Notes: generated by a model not told the origin, from the sequence alone. Shown: positions 31,128 to 41,962, numbered from the stretch's first letter. The stretch is 64,000 nucleotides of DNA from Candidatus Bathyarchaeota archaeon (GCA_963826715.1 CAWGYA010000006.1:64001-128000); one strand, 5' to 3'. Translations and numbers: made by a program.

Positions 31128-32282
31128 ATGAATCTACAAAGAGTCTCAGCACTAACCAAAAAAGAACTGAAGAAAACCATTCGCGAACCCGCTGTCTTAT
31201 TTATGATCTTTCTGTTCCCCATTGTTTTCGTATTCGCATTCGGCGCGTCGTTCGGAAGCTTCGGAAGTAGCGGAACAACAACTTATCAAGTAGGAATTGT
31301 CAACTTTGATAACACAAACCAATACTCACAAATATTCATTGACAGTTTAACCGCTACAAAAATCGTTAACGTCAATATCTATAACGACAACACAACCGCC
31401 CAAACTGATTTGAGCCAAGGAAAAATGCAAGCACTTGTTATCATTCCAAGCATGTTCGGAAGTAGTATCCAAAGCTACTTCAACTCCCCATCCGACGCAA
31501 ACAAATGGATTAACACAACAGTTGCTCTCTATCTCGACAAGGGCTCGTTAATTGCAACACAGGCAGTCCCTCCCATCATTCAACAAGTCCTATCCTTTAC
31601 TGTGAACCCAAATCAAACTAAACAACAAAACTCCATTCAACTTCAAACTGCTTCATTAGTTGAAGTTAAGCAGGCATCAACTCTTGACTTCATCGCACCG
31701 GGAATGTTTACTTTTGCATCGATATTCCTGATCATGATGGTAGCTCAATCGTTTACTCAAGATCGCGAAAATGGAATGATGAAACGGATTCGCATATCAC
31801 CGGTGACACCCACAGAGTTCATGGCAAGCCAAGTTGCCTCCTATATGGTCATTGCTTTAATACAAGCTGCTCTCGTCTTTGGTATGACCTACGTTATGGG
31901 CTTCCAGCCAAACGTCGGCGTACCAAGCTACATCTTTGCGTTCATGCTAGTAGTTGTATTCTCTATTTCCAACGTAGGCTTTGGATTGATTACAGCAACG
32001 ATCGCCAAATCCTCTGGTGCAGCTACAGGATTAAGCTTTCTCTTCGTACTACCACAGCTTTTCCTAGGCACCTTCGTTGGCGCATCTCTCTCAGGGGTAG
32101 CTCAAACCGCAGGTAAATTCGTTCCTAGCTATTACGTTACAGATGCCCTCACATCGCTATTCCTCCGTGGCGCAAGCTTAACAAGTGTAACTGTCCTGAT
32201 TGACTTCACAGTCATTTGTGCCTCATGCATCGGCATCCTGGCACTGGGCATAGTACTCTACGGGAAATACTACAAAATCTAA
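31128..32282 (+). CDS. ABC-2 permease
   Basis: ABC2 topology; adjacent to the ATPase. Confidence 0.92.
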   Translation: MNLQRVSALTKKELKKTIREPAVLFMIFLFPIVFVFAFGASFGSFGSSGTTTYQVGIVNFDNTNQYSQIFIDSLTATKIVNVNIYNDNTTAQTDLSQGKMQALVIIPSMFGSSIQSYFNSPSDANKWINTTVALYLDKGSLIATQAVPPIIQQVLSFTVNPNQTKQQNSIQLQTASLVEVKQASTLDFIAPGMFTFASIFLIMMVAQSFTQDRENGMMKRIRISPVTPTEFMASQVASYMVIALIQAALVFGMTYVMGFQPNVGVPSYIFAFMLVVVFSISNVGFGLITATIAKSSGAATGLSFLFVLPQLFLGTFVGASLSGVAQTAGKFVPSYYVTDALTSLFLRGASLTSVTVLIDFTVICASCIGILALGIVLYGKYYKI

Positions 32283-32342
32283 GCCTTCCTCTTCTCTCTT
32301 TTTGAGCAATCATTTTTAGCCGCAAGCACATATCTCATTTAG

Positions 32343-32978
32343 TTGATTAACTTGGTTGACGCTTGGCGAGAGCCATATCATATTGTTATCGAAGTGGAAA
32401 ACAAAGAATGCAGAATGGTTGGCAAACTTAATGCTTTGGGTTTTAAGCACCTCAAAGTGGTAGATGTGCGAAGTTCCAAAAGCGGTTGCGTGCGACACCT
32501 GATGGACCTAGGCGAGGATCAAGCAAAAAAAGTGCCCCGAGAACTCGCCGCAAAAGGTCATGTAGAAGGTAAATCTGCTGTTTGGCTGGAAAGCGAAGGA
32601 TGTGGAGTCTGTAACACGATTTTGGCGCATGACGCTTTTTTGGTGTCAGGTAAAAGTATGCATGACAGCATCATAACCTACAGTTTCATGGTACCTACCC
32701 ATGAAGCTTTCAGCGGTATAATCGCGGACTTGGAAAAAGCGGGGCACAAAGTCACCGTGCGCAAAGTAGGCAAATTTGAGCAACAAATCGGGGTTTTAAC
32801 TGAGAATCAGGAACGCATTTTCTGGTTGGCGCTGAAAAGCGGCTTTTTTGATTATCCCCGCAAAATTGGGATGGCGGAGCTGGCGGCAAAACTCGGGATT
32901 AGCGCTGCGACACTCTCGGAGATTATGCGCCGGGGCACACGGCGGTTGTTGGAGCACTATTTCCAAAGGGAACTCTAA
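32343..32978 (+). CDS. Bat-like HTH_10 regulator
   Basis: LT..Q...A...GFFDYPR..ELA..LGIS..T.SE. Confidence 0.88.
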   Translation: MINLVDAWREPYHIVIEVENKECRMVGKLNALGFKHLKVVDVRSSKSGCVRHLMDLGEDQAKKVPRELAAKGHVEGKSAVWLESEGCGVCNTILAHDAFLVSGKSMHDSIITYSFMVPTHEAFSGIIADLEKAGHKVTVRKVGKFEQQIGVLTENQERIFWLALKSGFFDYPRKIGMAELAAKLGISAATLSEIMRRGTRRLLEHYFQREL

Positions 32979-33154
32979 AGAGCAAGCTTTTTTGGTTTCA
33001 TGATCAAAGCTATTATCTAACAGTAGTGTTGATGGTATTAATATACAAAAGTAACCATTTGTCAGCTGTTTTTCTGAAGTCAGCCCAAATTCCCTTATAT
33101 ATACGGGGAAAAAGCTATCAACTAATTCACCTATATTATTGTTAGTGAAAAATT

Positions 33155-34771
33155 ATGAGTCAAAATCAAATGTTCTGTTACCAGTGCGAACAAACAGCCA
33201 AAGGACAAGGCTGCACAGTCATGGGCGTATGCGGCAAAAACCCCCAAGTCGCCAGCCTCCAAGACCTACTTGTTTACAAGCTACGGGAACTCAGCCAGAT
33301 AGTTCTCCAAGCAAAAAAAGCTGGGTTTGCAGACGAAAAAACAGACGTGTTTACAGCAGAAGCGTTATTTGTAACCTTAACCAACGTAAACTTTGACCCA
33401 GATGCAATCATAGCCTACCTAAAGAAAGCCGAGGAAATCCAAAATCAGCTCCAAACCAAACTCAATATCAGCAAGGCCTACACAAAACTCGAAAACACAA
33501 GCGAAGGCATGGTTGAACAAGGCAAAAAAGTCGGCATAAACGCAAATTCAACCCTAAACCCCGACGTGCATTCGCTACAGTGGCTCCTAACATACGGGCT
33601 CAAAGGATTAGCCGCCTATGCATACCATGCGTATCTACTGGGCAAAAAAGACCAGAAAGTCTTCGATTTTATCAATGAAGGACTCGTTGCAGCACTTGAC
33701 AATACGTTGGGTGTAAATGAGCTTGTTGGATTAGTTTTCAAATGCGGCGAAATCAACATCCGCGCCATGGAACTCCTCGACGCAGGCAACACCGAGACCT
33801 ATGGGCACCCCGTTCCAACCAAAGTGTCGCTGGGACACAAAAAAGGCAAAGCCATACTCGTCTCAGGACACGATCTGTTAGATTTGGAAGAGATTCTGAA
33901 ACAGACACAAGGTACTGGAATTACAGTTTATACCCACGGCGAAATGCTGCCTACCCATGGTTACCCTAAACTAAAAGCCTACTCCAACTTCTTTGGGCAC
34001 TACGGCACCGCTTGGCAAAATCAACAGCGCGAATTTGCTCAATTTCCAGGCGCCATCCTCATGACCACAAACTGCATTCAGCGCCCTATGGAAAGTTATA
34101 GCAGTAACATTTTCACCACAGGACCCGTCGGGTTCCCCGGCATCGCCCACATCGAAGGTAAAGACTACTCAGCAGTAATCAAAAAAGCTCTGGAACTGCC
34201 AGGTTTCACAGATGATGTTGAAGGCAAAAATGTACTGGTAGGCTTCGGCAGAAACGCTGTGTTATCTGTCGCTGACAAAGTCATTGAATCCGTCAAAAAT
34301 GGTCACATAAAACGCTTCATCTTAGTCGGAGGATGCGATGGTGCAAAACCTGGACGTAGTTACTACACTGAGTTCGTGGAGAAAGCACCCCAAAACACAA
34401 TCATCCTAACGCTAGCTTGCGGCAAATTCCGCTTCTTCGACAAAGAACTTGGCACCATCGACGATATTCCGCGGCTGCTCGACATAGGACAATGCAATGA
34501 CGCTTACAGCGCAGTAAAAATCGCACAAGCACTCGCAGACGCATTCCATGTTGGAGTCAACGACCTGCCACTTTCACTTGTGTTATCCTGGTATGAACAG
34601 AAAGCCGTAGCCATACTACTCTCGCTGCTCTACTTGGGTTTAAAAGATATCCGAATCGGACCCAGTCTACCAGCCTTCATAACACCCAATATCCTCAACG
34701 TGCTGGTTGAGAAATTCAACATCATGCCCATCAAAACACCCGACGAAGACCTCGCAGCCATAATGAAATAA
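33155..34771 (+). CDS. hcp: Hybrid cluster protein (hydroxylamine/NO reductase)
   Basis: MFCYQCEQT..GC...GVCGK, SGHDL, HGEMLP, GGCDG, GQCND, WYEQKA. Confidence 0.97.
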   Translation: MSQNQMFCYQCEQTAKGQGCTVMGVCGKNPQVASLQDLLVYKLRELSQIVLQAKKAGFADEKTDVFTAEALFVTLTNVNFDPDAIIAYLKKAEEIQNQLQTKLNISKAYTKLENTSEGMVEQGKKVGINANSTLNPDVHSLQWLLTYGLKGLAAYAYHAYLLGKKDQKVFDFINEGLVAALDNTLGVNELVGLVFKCGEINIRAMELLDAGNTETYGHPVPTKVSLGHKKGKAILVSGHDLLDLEEILKQTQGTGITVYTHGEMLPTHGYPKLKAYSNFFGHYGTAWQNQQREFAQFPGAILMTTNCIQRPMESYSSNIFTTGPVGFPGIAHIEGKDYSAVIKKALELPGFTDDVEGKNVLVGFGRNAVLSVADKVIESVKNGHIKRFILVGGCDGAKPGRSYYTEFVEKAPQNTIILTLACGKFRFFDKELGTIDDIPRLLDIGQCNDAYSAVKIAQALADAFHVGVNDLPLSLVLSWYEQKAVAILLSLLYLGLKDIRIGPSLPAFITPNILNVLVEKFNIMPIKTPDEDLAAIMK

Positions 34772-34780
34772 AAAACTATA

Positions 34781-34815
34781 CCGCCTTTAGGCGGATTTTC
34801 TCTTTTATTTTTTTG
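34781..34815 (+). terminator. Hairpin CCGCCT-TT-AGGCGG plus T tract
   Basis: Between convergent hcp and isf genes. Confidence 0.5.
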
Positions 34816-34817
34816 TT

Positions 34818-35435
34818 TTAGCGGGAGTTAAAAAAGGAAGAGTTGGCTTCAGCTTTTGATGTGTTTAATTGTTTTATAAGCCAAGCCATGTTTTTACCCA
34901 GAGTTTCCATTGTTTTCATGCCTTCTTCATCCTTTGAGACGTCACCTATTGCTCGTCCTATACCTATGTTCCAGTATGATGAACCCGGAACAATCATCTG
35001 GCTAATCAGGAAGAAATGGTTTATTGCGTCAAAGGTGGGAATACCTCCTGCGCGTCGGACAGCCACGACAGCGGCACCGACTTTGCGTTTAAACATGGAA
35101 TCGTTGCCCATTGCAACGAAACCTGCGCGGTCGATAAACGCTTTTAGTTCAGGTGACATCATAGAAAAGTAAGTGGGGGAACCTAGAATTATTCCGTCAG
35201 CTTCCACCATCTTGGTGATGTAGCTGTTAACGTTATCATTAACTATTTTGCATTCACGGTTCTTGATTTTGCGGCAGGTCCCACAGGCAGTGCAACCATG
35301 AATCTGTTGACCTGCAAGTTCAATCAACTCGGTTTCTATACCTTCCTTTTCAAGTTCTGCTAGCACTTGGCGAATCAGTATTGCTGTGTTGCCATCTTTT
35401 CTTGCGCTACCAGAGAAAGCTACAACTTTCATCAA
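34818..35435 (-). CDS. Iron-sulfur flavoprotein (Isf)/flavodoxin family
   Basis: SARKDGNT, CTACGTC..C, LGSPTYF. Confidence 0.9.
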   Translation of the reverse strand: MMKVVAFSGSARKDGNTAILIRQVLAELEKEGIETELIELAGQQIHGCTACGTCRKIKNRECKIVNDNVNSYITKMVEADGIILGSPTYFSMMSPELKAFIDRAGFVAMGNDSMFKRKVGAAVVAVRRAGGIPTFDAINHFFLISQMIVPGSSYWNIGIGRAIGDVSKDEEGMKTMETLGKNMAWLIKQLNTSKAEANSSFFNSR

Positions 35436-35484
35436 ATCACCTGTTCAAATAATTGAACTTGTAGATAAAAAAGTAGCGCAAAAG

Positions 35485-36477
35485 CTACTTTCTTTTTCCA
35501 CGCAACCAAATTCCAAGCAATACTGAAGAGGCTAAAGCAACAAAAATCAACGTGAAAACAATTAAATCAATGGGTAAAACCGTAGTTTGGCTTAAAGTTG
35601 GAGTGGGTAATTTAGCGGGGCTCTGCATGAGCGGATAGCGATCTTGATTTAACAAATCAATCACATAAGCTGTGTCTCCTACGCCGTCGCCGTTGCCGTC
35701 AATTCCGGTATAGTCACTCCAGAAGTTGCCCTCTCTTCCGTTATCCCAGCTATGCGGTGGCTCTGAGCTATTGTAGTCTTTACATAAACAGCCATTGAGT
35801 TGCACCTCATTGTTTTCGAAATCATTGTGGTTTATGATTATATCTGAGGGTATGATTTCGTCAGTTTCTAGATTATTAAAGCCAAAAAATAAGCCTCGTT
35901 TGTTGTTTTCGACGTAATTGTAGGTTACGCTGTTGTTTAAGCCAGAGAGCAGGATCCCAACGATATTTTCACATATACTGTTTCTGGTGACAGTGTTGTT
36001 TTGAGTCCACATATACATTCCAATGCTAAAGTTTCTAATGTTGAGGTTTTGGATGGTAATCCCTTCAATGGCTTGGCTACCGAGGTCTATGCCAATGGTG
36101 TATTCGGCCATGATTCCCTGCGGGAGCTGGTCTGGACCTTCGCCGATAACCCAGACATCTACTTGAGTTCCATTGTAAGATCCATAGAGACTATAACCTG
36201 CTCCATCGAGAACTATGTTGCTCTTCTGGATTTTCATAGTGGCAAATAGGTTGTTGGTAAAAGTGTATCTGTTACCATCGCGCAGGATGGGCACATCAGA
36301 GGGATAGATGCTACCGTCTGGGCGAATAAAAACAGTTATTAAAGCACCGTTAGATTGGGACTGCGACTGTACACTCTGGGGATCGGCAAAGATAAATCCC
36401 ATTAACATGGAAACCACTATTATCATAATAACGATACCAGCGGCGAATTTCTTCTCCATTTTCCTTGCCTCTATCAC
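35485..36477 (-). CDS. NosD/CASH beta-helix surface protein
   Basis: WDNGREGNFWSDY.G.D..GDGVGD, DRYPLM; C-terminal TM. Confidence 0.85.
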   Translation of the reverse strand: MIEARKMEKKFAAGIVIMIIVVSMLMGFIFADPQSVQSQSQSNGALITVFIRPDGSIYPSDVPILRDGNRYTFTNNLFATMKIQKSNIVLDGAGYSLYGSYNGTQVDVWVIGEGPDQLPQGIMAEYTIGIDLGSQAIEGITIQNLNIRNFSIGMYMWTQNNTVTRNSICENIVGILLSGLNNSVTYNYVENNKRGLFFGFNNLETDEIIPSDIIINHNDFENNEVQLNGCLCKDYNSSEPPHSWDNGREGNFWSDYTGIDGNGDGVGDTAYVIDLLNQDRYPLMQSPAKLPTPTLSQTTVLPIDLIVFTLIFVALASSVLLGIWLRGKRK

Positions 36478-38108
36478 TCCAATTTTACTGAGTCTGATTT
36501 ATTTAACCAGTTCCTAGATTTAACTACCGTTTTACCAACCAGCTTGAGTTGCAAACAATCTTCATTGGGACACATCTCAACACATCGCAGACAGTAAATG
36601 CATTGTGAATTGGCGACGTCACCACTTTTCTTTTCGTAGACGTCACTTACCTGAGTGGGACAAACACGTTTGCAGATACCACATTTAGTGCATTTCTCCT
36701 CCACCTTATGCAGCCGCACCCCAGATATCCACTTGAACGGTGGAAAACGATTAAACAGTGCAATCAAGGCACCCAACGGGCAGATTTGACACCACGACCG
36801 CCTAAAGAAGAACGCTGCAACTGTAACTATGGCGAGAATTATCAGGTTAGTTGAAGTCAAATAAAATCCTATACTCCAGAAAAATCCGCCGGTATTCTGA
36901 ACAAGCCAATCAGGCCGCATCAACCCAACGCTCATCTCACCCAGCAGACACAAAGGCTTCATGGGGCAGACTTGGCAGAATGGAGCGGCAAAGTATGTAG
37001 ATATGAAGCCTCCTTTTTCGGTTCCATCAATTATTTGAGTGCCGAAAAGGGCTTGGGAGCCGAAAACCACGCTTAACAGGATGATTAGCGCCAAGATAAC
37101 GTAGCTGAGTTGGTGGAAGCGCTGGTTGAATCGATCGGAAAAGAGACGTCTCTTAACTTTCAGGGCTTTGCGAAGACGCGTCATCATATCCAAATACAAA
37201 CCAAAGGGGCACACCCAACCGCAGAATATCCTGCCCAAAAACACCGCAGCAACTATTACAATGCCGAAAACCACTGCCAACCGAAGAACCCCTTCAGATG
37301 AATAATGAACCCCCCAGCCACCCCCGACGTCAAAGAAGGGGTAAATATAGGTTTGAAGTTGCCAGAGCGCACAGGTGACGGTTTTACCGCATGGGTAATA
37401 GCAACCGAAAAACGGAGCTGGCAATCCATCGGGCATATCCACACCTAACACATTAGTTCCAATTAGGAGCTCATGAGGTGCAATTTGCTCAGCAGGTACA
37501 GGCAAAACGTAGTGGTCTACGAATATTCCAGCAAAAATCAGAAAAATCAAGCCTATTTGAATGAAGGTTCGAATAGAAGTGATTTTTCGGGTTTGGTTTC
37601 GAGTACCGAAATAAGCGATGACCGCACCAACGCTTAGCAAGACCGCCGTGATACCTATTACGGAAAAGTTGGCTTTATAATTAAGCGGCACACTGGGAGT
37701 CGGCGAGGGCGCGTTAGGATTGGCGGGGTCGGTTACCACTGCGAAGAGACGGTCGCAGATATGCCCGTCGATAACGAATATGTTCCAGTAACCTTCCATA
37801 TCGAGCTTCTGGGTAACAGTAAAGTTGCCGGTTTGATTATCAGTGAGTGCATACTGTTCAATGAAAGTATAGTCAGGACGGGTAAATGCTATACGCACCG
37901 TTTTGTTGTCTGCTGCAGGGCATACTTCGCCCGTAACAGTGACGGTTTCGTTGAGGTTAACGTCGGTGCGGTCAATGTCGCCTGTTATATGGGGTCCATA
38001 GCAGCTACTTGCTGGTTCAACGTATTGCACACTAAAAAGGTAAACAACAATTATTGCTGCTACGGTAAAGCTAAGCAATGTTCGTTGTTTAATCCCAATC
38101 ACACCCAC
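36474..38108 (-). CDS. Membrane polyferredoxin (NapH/NosH-like) with N-terminal extracellular domain
   Basis: CGWVCPFG, CQVCP, CQICPLG and two CxxCxxCxxxCP motifs. Confidence 0.88.
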   Translation of the reverse strand: MGVIGIKQRTLLSFTVAAIIVVYLFSVQYVEPASSCYGPHITGDIDRTDVNLNETVTVTGEVCPAADNKTVRIAFTRPDYTFIEQYALTDNQTGNFTVTQKLDMEGYWNIFVIDGHICDRLFAVVTDPANPNAPSPTPSVPLNYKANFSVIGITAVLLSVGAVIAYFGTRNQTRKITSIRTFIQIGLIFLIFAGIFVDHYVLPVPAEQIAPHELLIGTNVLGVDMPDGLPAPFFGCYYPCGKTVTCALWQLQTYIYPFFDVGGGWGVHYSSEGVLRLAVVFGIVIVAAVFLGRIFCGWVCPFGLYLDMMTRLRKALKVKRRLFSDRFNQRFHQLSYVILALIILLSVVFGSQALFGTQIIDGTEKGGFISTYFAAPFCQVCPMKPLCLLGEMSVGLMRPDWLVQNTGGFFWSIGFYLTSTNLIILAIVTVAAFFFRRSWCQICPLGALIALFNRFPPFKWISGVRLHKVEEKCTKCGICKRVCPTQVSDVYEKKSGDVANSQCIYCLRCVEMCPNEDCLQLKLVGKTVVKSRNWLNKSDSVKLE

Positions 38109-38251
38109 GAAGATCCATTACACTTTTAAGTTCATATATTTTTGCAAACAATCCCATTTTGGTTGCAACCTCACAGATGTGACTATATGCCTGTTTACCT
38201 TAAGTTGAAATAAAGCTTTTTGTCAAAAAATATTGAGTGACAAACGATTGT

Positions 38252-38441
38252 TTAGTCAAGGTTTCTTGACTAACCACTTGCAAATAATCGAATGCCAGTG
38301 AAAAAGTTTGAGCGTCAATTTATTGACATTTTATAAGCATTCAGAGTTCAGAAGGAAGGAAAAACGGAAACTACAAAGTTAAAAAACAAAGAAAGCAAAT
38401 GTTAATTGAATTTTTGCTTTTTGACCAAGAAACATAGTCAA
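38252..38441. promoter_or_regulatory. TTGAC/GTCAA palindrome cluster
   Basis: TTAGTCAAG-GTTT-CTTGACTAA; GTCAA-TTTA-TTGAC; TTGAC-N11-GTCAA. Confidence 0.45.
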
Positions 38442-38501
38442 TTAAACCACAAAATAAAATTAGAAGTTCGCTGTTACGGGGAAAGACAATGGGACATCAG
38501 A

Positions 38502-39167
38502 ATGGACTTTGAAAAAAATAAACCCTTAACTATTATCTTGCTCATCGCAATAATGTTCTCTGGTGTAGGGATGTACAGCGCCTCAGTAAACGCAAGCACC
38601 TCAGATGATATCCGTGTTGCCTGCGTCGGCGATAGCATCACCGCTTATAGTGGATACCCCCAAAAGCTCCAGGGACTTTTAGGAAAAGAATATGTTGTCG
38701 CTAATTTTGGAGTTTCAGGCTCAACCATTTCGCAATGTTCCAGGCTCCCCTATCTTCTTCAGCCTCAATTTCAGAAAGCTGAGAAATTCAACCCAGACAT
38801 AGTCTTGATTATGCTGGGAACCAATGATGCTAACCGTGAACTCACCCTTAGCGATAGAAGTCTTGAAGAAGACTATACTCAGTTAGTAACATCTTTCCTA
38901 TCTTTACCCAATAACCCACAGGTTATAGTCGTGAAGGCACCACCTATTTTCACTAGCTCCGATTCCGCCTATAACAACACCAACCTTATTACCAATGTGA
39001 ATCCCCGCGTCGAAAATTTTGCCGCCCAAATGAATTTACCCACAATTGACATGTATCAAGCATTTGGTGACCACGCAGAATACTTCGCAGATGGTGTTCA
39101 TCCTAACGATGACGGTGCCTCCCTTATTGCATCAGTTTTGTATGATACAGTAAATTCTTGGGGGTAA
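38502..39167 (+). CDS. SGNH/GDSL hydrolase (third paralog)
   Basis: GDSIT, LGTND, DGVHP; signal or TM segment. Confidence 0.92.
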   Translation: MDFEKNKPLTIILLIAIMFSGVGMYSASVNASTSDDIRVACVGDSITAYSGYPQKLQGLLGKEYVVANFGVSGSTISQCSRLPYLLQPQFQKAEKFNPDIVLIMLGTNDANRELTLSDRSLEEDYTQLVTSFLSLPNNPQVIVVKAPPIFTSSDSAYNNTNLITNVNPRVENFAAQMNLPTIDMYQAFGDHAEYFADGVHPNDDGASLIASVLYDTVNSWG

Positions 39168-39242
39168 CTTTTAGAATTTAATAGATATGCAAAGTGTTAT
39201 AAACATAAATGAATATAGGTTTTTTAGGACTTTAGGACCACA

Positions 39243-40311
39243 ATGTGTCCTGAGAACTATGATAATTCTCTACCGGTACAGCTAATCCGTGCAGTTGCCA
39301 TCGTATTGGTTATTTTACTTCACGCATCAATCGAACCAACCCTACAGTTACCCAGATGTCAATACCGGGATCCCGCTTTGGTGGACATCGGATGTATATG
39401 ACTCCATAGCAAGAGTATCTGTTCCCCTCTTCATAATTTTGGCAGGAGCTCTTCTGCTTCAACCTTGCAAAGTGGATGAGCCCCTGAGAGTTTTTTTCAA
39501 AAAACGTTGGAACCGTATAGGCATACCGGTTCTTTTCTGGATAAGTGCCTATTTTGCATGGCGCTTTTTTGTTAATGGTGAAACCTTGACCTCGTTTTTC
39601 CAAGGGCTATTAGTAGGACCATATTATCACTTCTGGTTCATCTATGCACTATTCGGTTTATACCTAATTACGCCTCTCATTCGAGTAGTTGTTGCCCATG
39701 CAGAATGGAACGTAATTAGTTACTTCTTTCTCTTGTGGCTGGTAGGAACCGCAATTGTCCCTATTCTAAACCTATTCGTAAACATCAATCCAGAGGCTAC
39801 ATGGTTTAAGAATAGCGTTTTTCTGCTGACAGGTCTTGTAGGCTACTTTATTTTGGGTGCTTTCTGGAGTAAACTTCGGGTGCGCCCAGTGACTTTGTTT
39901 TTAATGTTTTCGATGAGTACACTCTGGACGGTAATTGCAACCTATTTTTTGGTTGGCATAATGGGTGAAATGTATAGTCAGTTCTTCCTTGACGCGTCCA
40001 GCTTCAGCGTTATAGTTGCTTCGGCATCATTGTTTCTCATTTTAGCCTCTGTCCCCAAGCGAACAATACAAAATCGTTTCCCCCGAGGAAGTCAACTCCT
40101 TAAAGTCGTCGGCGAAAACACCTTGATTTATCTGTTCCACGTCATGATTTTAGAAACCCTTGAGAAGAGCTATTTAGGTTTTAGGATAAGCGTTACAACC
40201 CTAAACCCCATAATTGAGATTCCGTTGGTGACGGCTGTTACATTGCTGATTTGCCTTGCCATAATTGTTCCGTTGAAGAAATTACCTTACGTGAAGCGAA
40301 TAATTGGATAA
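39243..40311 (+). pseudogene. Acyltransferase-3 family protein, frameshifted
   Basis: LIRAVAIVLVILLHA from ATG 39243 is in a different frame from VPLF..GALLL, YHFWF and IYLFH; shift near 39340. Confidence 0.8.
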
Positions 40312-40797
40312 TCAAAGCTGCTTGATTCTGATTCAATCTGAAATTATTTAAAAGAGAAATACCCCTGTTTTACCATACTTATGCAACAATTAATGTTGCA
40401 AAAGTGACGCAAAAGTCGAAACACGAATAAACGGTACATTTTCAATTAAAATCCATGATAAAAAAGTTTTAAAACTTTTGGTTTTGCGACAATTTTAAGG
40501 TACAGTGAGTTAAGGCTAATTTGGGCTTTATTTAGCAAACAAAGAAAAAATATAGGTCGAGAAGACTTTACAACTACTTTAAAATGACTTTACAGCCGTA
40601 TGAACGATGAAAAAAGGGTTAAAATTGAAATAAACCACAGGTTAAACGATGTAGAGAAAACAAAGGTTGCAATGTGGTTTAATAATTTCAATCCAACCTC
40701 AAAAAAGCCATAATATGATAATTATAAATATCCCAGGTATACAATAACTTTAAGCATATGCTGCAAGAAGAAACTAATTGGACGGGGTAAAGGAGAT

Positions 40798-41040
40798 TTG
40801 GAGTTTTTTAGGTGTCCGCTTTGTGGTGGTCCTCTTTCTATGGATTTATGTGAGGATTGCGAGGGAAAATTTGTAATTGAATTTTTTTGTGAGGGTGAGG
40901 GTGATGATCGTTTTAGCTTTGAAATTAGATCTGGTTTGTCTAATCAAGATATTGCTAATTTTAAGGAAGGTGATTTGATCAAGAGAGAAATGTTGGTTAA
41001 GATCACTGAAAGAATAGAAGAAAAAGAAGATGAAATTTAA
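40798..41040 (+). CDS. Small Zn-finger-like acidic protein
   Basis: CPLCG..CEDC; GGAG RBS. Confidence 0.6.
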   Translation: MEFFRCPLCGGPLSMDLCEDCEGKFVIEFFCEGEGDDRFSFEIRSGLSNQDIANFKEGDLIKREMLVKITERIEEKEDEI

Positions 41041-41057
41041 GAATCGTGCACAATGAA

Positions 41058-41246
41058 TTAGTGGCTGGTCACCGCGTTGCGAAAACTGGTATTTTCAGGA
41101 ATAAAGCCTTGTAGTCGCCTTATTGCTTCTTTTAAGCTGTTTTCACATGTCTTTTGAATGTTTAAACCCATCTCATAAGCCATGTTTACAAGTTCAGGGT
41201 TCAATTCTATTGCGTTTATTTGTGTGGTCACAGTGCAGACCTCCAA
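41058..41246 (-). CDS. CcdA-like/RHH small protein
   Basis: LNPELV..A.EMGLNI.KTCEN.LK.AI.RL. Confidence 0.65.
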   Translation of the reverse strand: MEVCTVTTQINAIELNPELVNMAYEMGLNIQKTCENSLKEAIRRLQGFIPENTSFRNAVTSH

Positions 41247-41305
41247 AAATAATCAATTATTGACCATGAATATAGGCAAGTCTGTGCGTCGAAAAGTCTC
41301 AAATT

Positions 41306-41962
41306 TTAATACTCGGGTTGTTGACTTTTGACTATTACCCTCCTTCCGTGGCTAATTGGCTCTTCAAAATCCCAGTTAGACCACTGAGGGTCAATTTCCT
41401 TCCATTCTTCGCTCATAGGTTTTCCTGCTTTTTTCAGTAAATCAAAAAGTCTGATTGAAAGACTTCTCGTGATAAATAAACAATAAATCGCTTCGCGGGT
41501 AGAAAACGTTCTTTCATCCAATCTTGTTGGCAAGAATGGGTCTCCAGACATATGTTTAGTTCGACGGTATATGTTGTTAAACTCAAGAAGATGCTCAGAT
41601 AATTCAGATTGATTAATTTTCACCAAGTAATGTGATAAATCTCCGAGTGGTCGATTACGCAAGTTGAGTAAATATGCCAAAAGACCTTCAAGATGGTTTC
41701 CCATCATGAAAATCATGTATCTAGGGCTTCTAAAGAACTCATGAGGATGGTTAAGATAATAGATAGTTCGATAAACAAAAACAGGGTTGCGCGTATAAAG
41801 ATAGTTTCCTTCCACTATCCAAAACACAGGAAATATTTGTTCAAGCAGAGCCCAAGCCTTAAACATGTTATCATTTTCTATTAAAAAATCAAGTCTTTCT
41901 GCAACAGCTATTTCATCTTTATCCAATAGCGAATTAACAAGCGCTTCTATTTGGTTTTGCAT
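41306..41962 (-). CDS. Hypothetical protein
   Basis: Long ORF, probable ATG at 41962. Confidence 0.65.
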   Translation of the reverse strand: MQNQIEALVNSLLDKDEIAVAERLDFLIENDNMFKAWALLEQIFPVFWIVEGNYLYTRNPVFVYRTIYYLNHPHEFFRSPRYMIFMMGNHLEGLLAYLLNLRNRPLGDLSHYLVKINQSELSEHLLEFNNIYRRTKHMSGDPFLPTRLDERTFSTREAIYCLFITRSLSIRLFDLLKKAGKPMSEEWKEIDPQWSNWDFEEPISHGRRVIVKSQQPEY

